From Oopsacas minuta (lineage: Eukaryota; Animalia; Porifera), in assembly GCA_024704765.1 (NCBI GenBank), contig JAKMXF010000343.1, positions 682,001 through 746,000 of the forward strand: 64,000 nucleotides of DNA, written 5' to 3'. The notes under the pieces are model-generated. The model saw only the letters and a list, made by a program, of their open reading frames with translations. It was not told the origin of the DNA and did not search any database. Below, in pieces: positions 36,852 to 46,356 of this stretch; the first letter of the stretch is position 1, and every line of letters starts with the position of its first letter. The translations under genes were made by a program, and so were the position numbers.

Positions 36852-38269
36852 TTCTAGATGGTCAAATTCAGGTGATAGTGGCTCTAAGTGGTCGAATTGG
36901 GATAGGTTAGAGTCTTTCGTGTGTTCATTAGTGACTGGGAAGTTGGCATACACCTGGTCCGCAGGTCCCGGTGCGAACATCTGTGAATTAGCGTATGGGG
37001 AGAGTTTATCTTTTGGGCTATCCAGACCTAAAATAGAGAATTTGTTATATACTTACCACCTTTTTGAGGTAATAATAAGTAATAGCGGGATTCTTGGCAG
37101 GAGATATCACCTATCGAAATGTGGGACGAATCCAAATTTTGCAGGATTTGGCGTTTAAAATAACCAGGACATATATACAGATAGAAATAATTTATTCATA
37201 GCTCAGCTCTACTAGAACACATTTTTTGCACAGATTAGTGTTACGTATATTGAAATCACGAAAATTTGAAGAATCAAGTTGAGTTATTCCATTTCAGGTA
37301 ATCTACAGTCGAAAAAGGAAATGCTGGCGTGGAAATCGAACCGAAGGCAACAGGTTAAAAGCAACTGATCTTAATAACAATGCTGATGAAACACAATGAT
37401 TAACACCGATAGAATGCGATAAAAAGCTCTACTAGAGCTCAGCTCTGTATATAGTATTTCATACGAATATTCGCTAACCTTTATTCGTTCTGGGTGTACA
37501 TATAAATTAGGATAGAGACCAGTTCTACCATTCGTAAACCCAATCGACCAATTCTCATCCACACGAGACAATCTATAGATAACATCGCCGATGGAGAGAT
37601 TCAAATCATCCAGCTGTCCCGTGTCCAATTCATCAGTTGCAACAACGGATTCAGGTTGAAAGAATTCAACGAATGCGGCAGGTACATATCCAAAGGCCTA
37701 GTTGGTAACTAGGATACCTTTACACCAACTTTCATCAACAATTTCAACGGCAGCGATGACGTCATTTTGTGCTAGATTGAGTTCATAGTCTTGTTCTGCT
37801 TTAAAGGAATGCGAGGCTCTTGCGAAGTTCATTTGTTTAGAAAAGCTATTTGTAAATAACAACAAGTCCAGCAGAATTAAAGGTGTGAAAATATGATTAA
37901 ATATATGCAAAATATTCACATTTATAGTCCCAGTTCAATGGCTAGTAAATAATCATATAAACAAACAAACAAACAAACAAGATAAATAATAACAAAATAA
38001 GATCTACATGTAGTAAACAACAAAATAAACAAATCCACAATCTATTCAGTATAAAAGCAAAGCTCAAACAACAAACAACAATAATATCTATCCAGTAAAC
38101 ACAGGGGTTAAATTAATTCTACATAATTATCGGGGAACAGTCCTCTCATCCCATTGAACTCACCTACCCACCAACCTTCATCTATTTGCTCAATGTTATT
38201 GATAACGTCATCACGTCAAAAGTTAGTTCATCTTCATCTGTAGCTTAGATAGAGATTGTATTTGCGTTG

Positions 38270-38500
38270 TTAATTGTTTGTTTGTTTGTTTATTTGTTTA
38301 TTTGTTTGTTTATTTGTTTGTGTATTTGCCTGTGTATTTGTATACTTGTCTGTCTGTTTGCTTGCTTGTTTGTGTATTTGTGTATTTGCCTGTTCGTCTG
38401 TTGTTTATGGTATTTGTGTTAGTAATTGTTTGTTTGTCTGTTTGCTTGTGTATTTGTTTATTTGCCTGTTTGTCTGTTGTTTATGTTATTTGTTTATTAA
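38270..38500. repeat. Degenerate (TGTT)n/(TATTTG)n intronic low-complexity tract
   Basis: Direct reading; it produces the spurious F/V/C/L-rich ORFs 38274 and 38278. Confidence 0.9.
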
Positions 38501-39904
38501 TAATGCATAAATAATAGTAATCAAACCTGATAAACAAATACAGCTCTTGCAGTAAGAATACCACTTTCACGTCATCAGGTTGTTGTATCACTTGTTGTGG
38601 CTCAGGAACTGATTCATATGTAGCCTCTTCGTTGTTAGCTGTTGGCTCAAAATATGTTTGTTCATTTGGATATCTGACACATAGAAAGTAAACATAAACA
38701 AAGTTGTGACGAAAACAGTAAATTCATGTTATATCGAAGCTCAAGGGACCCTGATAATTAGTTCATATAACCGATGGAATATATGTTACTGCTATTTGTA
38801 CAATTTCACACTTCGATATAAGCGGATATTTATATGTAACTAGAAATATTTTAATACTATATGGTAACTAAGGAAATCGTGAAAGCATTCGTAATACGAA
38901 CTGAAAATAGTAGCACTAATACTTAACACTTTATGGCAAATAAGGCTGTAGAATGTTCAAGCGAAATATTCACATACAACTTAAAAGGGAGCCAATCAGA
39001 TTTGAGAGGTGAAATACTGTAAATGATTATTTGAAATACATTCCTAATCCCAATATAGTTATCATGATATATATTAAGAAATAATACAGGAGTTATGTGT
39101 ATAGTGTAACCTCCACATACGGTGTAACATTTTCGGCGTCTCTGGGACTCCGTATATAGAGGTTGCACTGTGTGAAATAACTAGTCTTACTCTTGGGTTA
39201 CTGGTGATTCTTCGTACAGAGCCTCTGGGTCATCAATTGGTTGTTGTATCGGCATAGGAGGGAGAGGGGGGTTGTACGGCAGTCGGGGTTGTGATGCTGG
39301 TGCTGGGGCTTGGACAGTCTCTATTGGAGTCTAAAAGAGTAAATTGGTGACATACATAGACCGTCGCTAATACGAACAGAAATTTCCATTCTTTAAGATT
39401 ATTGAATGAATTGAAACAAAAAGTATTATAGAATATTAAAGTACAATTTAAGAAACGATAAAAATGCTGACAACACATGTAATAGCAAACAGATATTACG
39501 TCACAGGAAGTATAGCCCACAGAAATTGTATATGTGAATAATCAAGGTATTGTTTACTAGTAACAAATACGAATAAATAATAATAAACAACGAAATATTA
39601 CTTAAAATACAAACTTCTTAGATTATTAAATTCTACACAAATTGGAACTGATAGCTATTACAGCATAGCAACTAATTCTATACAAGGAATGTGGCTAGTT
39701 ATAACTGGAACTAATTTACATATTGAAAGCCATCTGACCTAACACATCTGTAATTCTGTGAGACAATAGTCTCGTGGTAGAGTTCAAGGAAATGTGATTA
39801 GTTGTAACTTTATATTTCATCACTTAACACCTGAATAATTAATGTATGAACTTGTATAAATACAGTCTGTAAATGAGAATAATCATAAACAGAACAACAA
39901 ACAA

Positions 39905-41071
39905 ATGGCCACCAAATACTCAGATGAAATTCCTACCAACCATTTCGAACAAGCGGAACAGAAGATCAATTCCACCTTCGAGAAGATTATTCGGATTGCG
40001 ACAGAGAGGAGAGATCAGCTGCTTGTCCAGCTGATCGATAAGAAGCAGGACTATCTAAGAAAGGAGAACACACGACAGAAACAATTAGCAGACCTGGAGA
40101 AGATGATCAGACAATTAATGGAAACTAGCATTCAACAGAATGAAGTAGTAAAGTTCCAAGAAGATCAAATAAAGAATTGGAAAAAGGAACAAAAGAAATA
40201 CGAAATAGAAACACCTATCCCAATCCCTTCCTTCAATAGTGAGTGTCTAGACTCTCTCCTAGAACAGCTGGAGAAGTTGGGGTCTATTCAGGATACAGCT
40301 GTACTCTACAGAAACAAGACAGGGCCAATCAGAAGGATAGGAAAATATGGAAGGGAGAAAGGAGAGCTGACTTACCCTCATGGACTAGCTCTAGATGGAG
40401 ATAAGATCTATATAGCAGATCATAACAATCATAGAATACAGATCTTCTTTACAGAAGGTAAGTTCATTCATGAATTTGGTAAAGGGGCGCTAAAGTATCC
40501 ACACGGTATAGCATTAAATAAGGAATGGGTGTTTATAAGTGATTATAGACTTAGTGTTATATTTAAATTCTCTAAAACAAATTACAAATTAATTAAGAGT
40601 GTTAAGGGAGGTGTTAGTACCCCTTGTGGTCTAACAACTGACACAAATGGAGAAGTGTTAGTTGCAGATTCTGATAATAATAGAATTGCAGTATTCAGCT
40701 CTGATTTAAAATATATTAGAGAAATAGGAAAAGACAAACTTATAGAACCGCGTGACGTCAAAATAAATAATAATAAGATATTTGTAGCAGACAATAATGA
40801 GATTAATAATATACACATATTCTCTAAATCAGGTGATTTATTGAAAAGTTTCATAAAATTAGAATATGGAAGAGAATGTATTTTTCTGTGTTTTGATTTG
40901 TGTAATAATATTATTATTAGCGATTGTTTGGTAAATTCAATTAATATATTTACTAAAGATGGACAGCGGATACACAAAATTAAATGTAATTCTCCTACAG
41001 GAATAGTTGTTAATAATAACTTTGATATTATTTGTGTTAGTTTTAGTGATAATGTAATAAATATATATTAA
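39905..41071 (+). CDS. Intronless 388-aa coiled-coil plus NHL-repeat (beta-propeller) protein, TRIM-NHL-like without RING or B-box; nested antisense in a cortactin intron
   Basis: Intact ATG-TAA ORF. N-terminal helical coiled coil; NHL repeats LTYPHGLALDGDKIYIADHNNHRIQIF, LKYPHGIAL, STPCGLTTDTNGEVLVADSDNNRIAVF, LIEPRDVKI. TATAAATA about 45 nt upstream. Confidence 0.9.
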   Translation: MATKYSDEIPTNHFEQAEQKINSTFEKIIRIATERRDQLLVQLIDKKQDYLRKENTRQKQLADLEKMIRQLMETSIQQNEVVKFQEDQIKNWKKEQKKYEIETPIPIPSFNSECLDSLLEQLEKLGSIQDTAVLYRNKTGPIRRIGKYGREKGELTYPHGLALDGDKIYIADHNNHRIQIFFTEGKFIHEFGKGALKYPHGIALNKEWVFISDYRLSVIFKFSKTNYKLIKSVKGGVSTPCGLTTDTNGEVLVADSDNNRIAVFSSDLKYIREIGKDKLIEPRDVKINNNKIFVADNNEINNIHIFSKSGDLLKSFIKLEYGRECIFLCFDLCNNIIISDCLVNSINIFTKDGQRIHKIKCNSPTGIVVNNNFDIICVSFSDNVINIY

Positions 41072-42507
41072 TTATATTGTTGTTTACTTGTTGGTTTATT
41101 ATTTATTAAATTATTATATTCACACTTGTCCTTTTCTATAAATTAACATTCCTAACCGTTTCCACACGTGGACCCCTATACTAATTACAACACATTATGT
41201 GTATCCTCCCATATTTGAGATCCAGTGGACAACTTGCTGTCCTCCATGGTCCAAGTTGTAAACAGATGTCATATGGTATCAAGAATTAAGATGGCTGTAC
41301 TTAAGGAAATAAGTTTGAATTCTAACCTCGTATGCGTCTTCAGAGGTGTCATAAAGTACTTCACTATCTGGAATTGGTTCCGGTTCCATTATCTGAACTG
41401 GAACTGAAACTGGAACTATAGGAAGAGGTCTTCGTATTGGTTCCTCAGGTTCTTGTGGTTGCATATCTGCCATTTTGGGAGGTGTTGCCATTTGAATGAA
41501 TTTAGATGGAAGTGGCCTAGAAATACACATTGTTTGTTTGTTTGTTTGTTTATTTGTTTATTATCAAAGAAATGTAATGAGAAAAGTGGACAGGTATTAC
41601 TCAGGAAATTCGTTCACTATTTGTCCGTCTGTTGTTGTTCGTATTTACGAGGTTACAGCAAACTAGCTTAATTGTTTATTTGTTATTTCTTTGTTTGTAT
41701 TTACCTAACAATCTTTGGTTCATCAACACTAGTTTCTTCTGTATCATCATCAACAGGTAAGGTAGCATTAATTTCTCTTTGTCTAGCGGCCTCTTCTGCT
41801 TCTTGGAGTCTTCTCCTCTCCTTCGCTTCATTTGCTCCCTGCTGAGTAGTACTGTCTTGGTCTACTGACATTTGTTCGAATTTAGCGAATAAACCTGACT
41901 TGGCGCCTTTGGGTTTTGTTCGAACCTATAAACGTAAATAACAATAATAATAATAATTAATGTGTACAATTCACACTTCGATATGAGCGGGTATTTCTAT
42001 ATATTCGTGTTAGATATTACAGAAGTTGACTGTAATTGTATGAAAATATTTTGGTAGTTGTAAACACGTGTTTAAAAGTGGCGTATTGTGTCAGATAAAA
42101 ATGTGTCCTCACTGTCCTGTAAGTATCGTAGTCAGCACAACAACAACCTCTGGTTTGGGAACAGATTTAACATCCATCATATCAGAAAAGCTTCCAGCTG
42201 ATCTGTCCATCCTATCCTTCTCTACCCCGTACCTCCCTCCGAAACCCTTAGAGTGGTCTGTCTGTGATGAATGAGCGGACAGGTCTGATTGGTAATCGTG
42301 TCCAACAGCTGATCTATCCATCCTATCCTTCTCTACGCCATATCTATAATGTATGCATAACTACATGATATGTGGGAGTTTTCTAGAGATTATGGGAGCT
42401 ACAGGAATAGCCACATGGTACACAGAGGTGCTACAATATGTTTAATCACATATTTACTCACCTGCCACGTCTGCTAAGTTAATTTATAGTTTCGAATAGG
42501 TCTTGTG

Positions 42508-43142
42508 TAGACATGGGGTAAAATACATATGTACTTGTATTTGAGAGTATTGAAATATTATTTTCAAGTATTTGTATTGTATTTATATTTTAATTTTCTC
42601 TTAATGAGAGTATTTGTATTTTGTATTTAAATACTTTCAAAAAGTACTTAAAATCTTCAAATACTTTATAAATACAATCAAATATTTACTATACACACAT
42701 AATAAGTTCCAGTTATTCATATATGAGGTAGATGAAAGTATGTTGTTAACCCAACAACAAAGTCAAAGTTCCACTCAATGATCTCCAGATTTTTCGATGT
42801 CCATTAGGTGTTGAAGGCAACTTTTCTGCTAAATGCAAGCTATGCCAATCAGAAATATCAGTTTCTACTAAGGTTAGATTAAGTAATATAAAAGTGAATT
42901 GCATATTCAACATCATTTGTCTATTAAATATAGACGGATACGGAGGATGAGAATTTTGTTAATATAATAACCATGGTCCGGACAGAACATATTAGAATTT
43001 GCATCGGTTTTGGCGAATTGTATATGTGTTTGTAATTAAATACATTCCAAAGTATTTGTATTTGTATTTGTATGTTATTTGAGAGTTTCACAAGTATTTG
43101 TATTGGTAATAAATATTTTTCAAGTATTTGATCCCATGTCTA
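42508..43142. mobile_element. hAT-type MITE
   Basis: TAGACATGGG(GT/ATC)AAATAC TIRs, GTATTT subterminal repeats, 8-bp TSD GTCTTG(T/G)G. Confidence 0.85.
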
Positions 43143-43304
43143 GTCTTGGGTGTGGTATGGATGGTGTCTCTACTGCCGTGGTCAGCAGGGCTAGTAGAAT
43201 TTGGCTGATACTGCTGGTGATTGTATTTTGTGGTTGACGATCGGTCTGCAGATATCTACTAGGTCTTTGGCCTGGTGTATGCAGGTGTTGTGTTTTAGAC
43301 AATA

Positions 43305-44631
43305 TCAGTGCGTTCAATAAGTCTTGCGGTTCATGTATATCTCAGGAATTAGTCAAGTAATATATCTAACTTTCATATATTATAAGCCCATATAGTTAAA
43401 CTCCATATACTGAAAGTTTCAAGCTTATTCAATACAATTATGAATTTTTGAGATAATTACGTGTAGTCAATTCATACCTACTGTTCAATTTATGGCTTCA
43501 AAGGATGATAATTTCAACCTCAAATGGCGAGTTTACATAGAGCTTCGCACAATACTCAAGATCCAGCCCGTACAGATCTTCAGCGAGTTACAGGAGATAT
43601 TTTGCGTGGATTGCCCTTTCAGATCTACTGTAGAGTGATGGGCTGGCCGTTTTAGATCTGGTGATGCTGATGTCACAGATTTGCCTCGATTTGGAATACC
43701 GGTATCCGCCACCACTTCAGAAGATATCGCACTCATTGAAAGTATGGTCATGGAAGACAAGTGCATTACTGTCAATCAGTTAGAACAAAGAATAGAGATT
43801 TCATCGGGAGCTATTCATACAATTCTGACGACTGAGCTTGGCTACCGATCGAATTGTGGGAAATGGGTCCGCATAAGCTCAGTGAGAATCAAAGGTTGGC
43901 ACGACTGAATATTGCCAAGAAACTCTTGGAAGCTTATGAGAACTGTGATTCTAGACACATAACAGAGATTATTGCAGGTGACGAGACGTGGGTGTACTAT
44001 TCAACACCATATAGCAAGGATAAAAAGCGATCATGGGTGAGGGGCGACGAACAATCGGCGAAAATTCCTAGGCCCGACTTCAGAAAACCTAAGATTATGT
44101 ATATCATCTTCTTCAGTAGTCATGAAATTGTCTTGCAATTACCTTGTGAGAGTGGCAAGGCTGTTACTGCTACTTTCTTTACAGAGCAAGTGCTCCCAAA
44201 CTTGATAAAAATATAGAAAAGTACCGCCCGAAACCGGAACTCAAGGAATGAAGATGTTAATTGATAACGCCAGTTCCATACAGCTAAGCTTACCAAAAAT
44301 TTCTTGGATATAGAAGGGTTAGAATTACTTCCCCATCCATCATACTCACCAGACCTAGCTCCTTGTGATTTTTGGCTATTCCCCGAGCTTAAAATCTACC
44401 ATCAAGGCACAGATTTTAACACATTACAAGTACTCGGAACGGACCTGTACCAATACTTTCAAATCCATCCCCGAAGAAGAGTACAGAAATGTGTTTTACA
44501 AGTGGGTGGAAAGTTAAAACTTTGTGTATCTGCAGGAGGGGATTACTTTGAATGAATAATATAGTGAATTAGTGTATATTGTGTTTTGTATCATATTCTA
44601 TATCACCCGCAAGACTCATTGAACGCCCTAG
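43305..44631 (+). mobile_element. Full-length, defective mariner (DD34D-type) inserted in the PLE RT
   Basis: TIR ..G(T/G)GCGTTCAAT(A/G)AGTCTTGCG, TA TSD. ATG 43492; GKWV/PHKL, AGDETW, HPSYSPDLAPCD. Many frameshifts. Removal restores the PLE frame (KPHS-YCLK). Confidence 0.92.
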
Positions 44632-45677
44632 TATGAGTGCGGTTTTGTGTGTTTCACTTTAAAGTACATGGTGGGGACTCAATCATCTGGGTTGTTAAGC
44701 GGGGTGTCAGGGTTTACATTGGTTAGTGCTTGCTTTAGGGATGAGAATGCTTTAATGTACACCATGGGCGGTGGTTGGTTTTCCTCATGGTTGAGAATTC
44801 CCTGGAACGGAGTTAGGAAAGGGTTGCTGGAATGTTAGTCCATGTTCCAATAGTTCCTGCAGGATGAAGCCAGTCTTTATGTTTGCTGTATCGTGTAGGA
44901 AGACTGGAGGGGCTATATATTCCCAGGTAGATGTTAGTTTAGGAAGTATGAAAAGTTTTTGTACAATATTTTAAAAATATCTGGAGTAATGGAATATTTC
45001 TTTTTAAAAGTCTCAACAAATATTTGGCTGAAGATGTTATATTAGAAATGTGTTCTACAAAATTTAGGCTACATCAGCTTATACACATAAATCCTTCAAT
45101 GATGTTGGAAAATATAGAATAACTCATTTTTTCATTATTTCCCATATGTAAATTACGACATTTGTGGTCATAGTCATGTGGTTTAGCTGCGACATGGCCT
45201 ACTATGAACACGGCCCGCTAAGCAAGAATTGCCAAAATAATATCCAGGCCATTTATTACATTCTCTTTGATCATGAAAAATTGCAGTTATCATTCAAATT
45301 CTACTATAAATAGGTTCCACATACGGCGGAGAAATCTGGAATACTTTTGATCCTACATTTCAGGTTATTTTAACCACAATGACGCAATCAAATTCACCTT
45401 CAATTATGGTAATTATTTTACAAATAAATACCAATATGATCGAAAACGCACATATCTCATGAAATGAATCATGATTCGTATTAACTTGGCACAAAAACAC
45501 AATAGAAAGACCGTATTAAATAAACTCATAAAAATTGTTAACAATTATGATATATCGCTTACATTTTTTGATCGAATTTCTTCTTTTTTCTAGGATTGAC
45601 GTTTTAACGTTGTTTTTACGGCGAATATCACTAAATGTGATAATTTAACAAGTGTTCATAAAAATGAGGATCTTCTG

Positions 45678-45745
45678 ATTCAACTAATGGTCCTGTCAAA
45701 TCCATTCCAACTCTATACCAAACTTTAGTCATAACAGGAAGTGGT
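45678..45745 (-). mobile_element. Short retroviral-type integrase fragment (Ginger1/GIN- or Gypsy-like)
   Basis: PLPVMTKVWYRVGMDLTGPLVES, typical of the first catalytic D region. Flanks could not be aligned. Confidence 0.5.
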
Positions 45746-46356
45746 TATAGTATTGCTAGAAGAGAGTTACTTGGAAAAAGGTTGCAACAAAATGAAATAT
45801 AAAAGTGTTAGAATTTACATTCTCATTCACTTTGAATGGCTATCATGGAATATTCTAAAATAATTTAATCTGGTTAGTATAGGTATGTTTTGGCAAGTAT
45901 GTGAGCTTTAGTCTATCCCATTGATGAATCTTATGAATACCATCAAATATTTGCTTATTTGGAAAACCTGAATATTGAAATATGTTCCAGAAGATTTGAA
46001 ACTTAGAAGGGGTTTGGTCATTTACAATTTTGGTAATTTCATTCAAAACTGGCTTATCATGATTTGATACGATTGTAACAGATCGATTGAGTTTTTCATT
46101 CAATGGATTGGAAATGGATAACAAATCTGGATCGATTGGATTGGATTGGCACCTTGGATTGTTGTCATCTAAATACGGCCTCCAATTGTCTTCGTTAATC
46201 GGCTAAATAAAAATCCTTGAATCTCTTCATTCATAAACACTTGTTTAATAGTCAATAATATGGCTTCGTAATTCAGATAGTGTTTGTCCGATCATAATGT
46301 AAAGTCGGAAAGAGTTTGAATATATTTCGTATTTGAATCAACTCACACACAACAAC

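Larger units (their letters stand above)
30426..37832 (-). pseudogene. DNMBP: 5' half of a Tuba/DNMBP-like gene (2 SH3, Pro-rich, coiled coils, start of DH domain), 12 exons, disrupted and truncated
   Basis: GT-AG exons 37832-37479, 37110-37057, ~36980(or 37027)-36852 joined to 34496-34101, 34053-33837, 33778-33662, 33507-33337, 33094-33053, 32990-32885, 32760-32621, 32482-32342, 32185-31904, 30517-30426, with matching phases once the two noted deletions are restored. DH motifs RQYVLDEIVRTERDF, LFRNMEAISKVSEVLLVGLE, IGLCFL..DTYANYC..DEA. Lesions: TAG 37698-37700, hAT in an exon, -1 deletions near 34018 and 32420. Rest of DH, BAR and C-terminal SH3s not found. Confidence 0.82.
38108..42343 (-). 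pseudogene. CTTN: 3' half of a cortactin gene (last HS1/cortactin repeats, helical and Pro/Tyr region, SH3), 6 exons, 5'-truncated
   Basis: Exons 42343-42148, 41925-41705, 41516-41327, 39330-39191, 38673-38527, 38243-38108. Repeats [39 protein letters not shown]; LFAKFEQM; SH3 [27 protein letters not shown]...[10 protein letters not shown]. Three single-base deletions (~38568, the 38527/38243 junction, ~38212) destroy the SH3 frame. No N-terminal acidic (DDW) exon found in the window. Confidence 0.88.
42469..44900 (-). mobile_element. Penelope-like retroelement, 5' half of RT, interrupted by a hAT MITE and a mariner
   Basis: After removing both insertions and one TSD copy each: VPTMYFKVKHTKPHSYCLKHNTCIHQAKDLVDICRPIVNHK/NTITSSISQILLALL../HPYHTQDLFETIN*LSR, matching the P.Y...K.H ... 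RPIV ... D-F pattern of PLE RTs. Upper boundary uncertain. Confidence 0.8.

Noticed and set aside
37320-37450. tRNA-like sequence on the minus strand (GGTTCGATTTCC..GCCAGCA)
   Set aside because: A T-arm-like end is present, but the D-arm-like part is ~60 nt away and no full cloverleaf forms; at most a tRNA-derived remnant.
37698-37700. TAG reassignment or readthrough in the SH3 exon
   Set aside because: Isolated case in a pseudogene fragment; the long intact ORFs contain no in-frame TAG.
38274-38514. ORFs 38274-38510 and 38278-38514
   Set aside because: Translations of a TGTT-type microsatellite.
32342-38673. Programmed -1 frameshifting or insertional RNA editing as a system
   Set aside because: No shared slippery heptamer or stimulatory structure. 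The same lesions occur in dead TEs, and the genes are independently broken by truncation, a TAG and a hAT insertion.
44880-44910. 'GIY' tripeptide upstream of the PLE RT as a GIY-YIG nuclease
   Set aside because: No following YIG, R or E motifs; likely chance.
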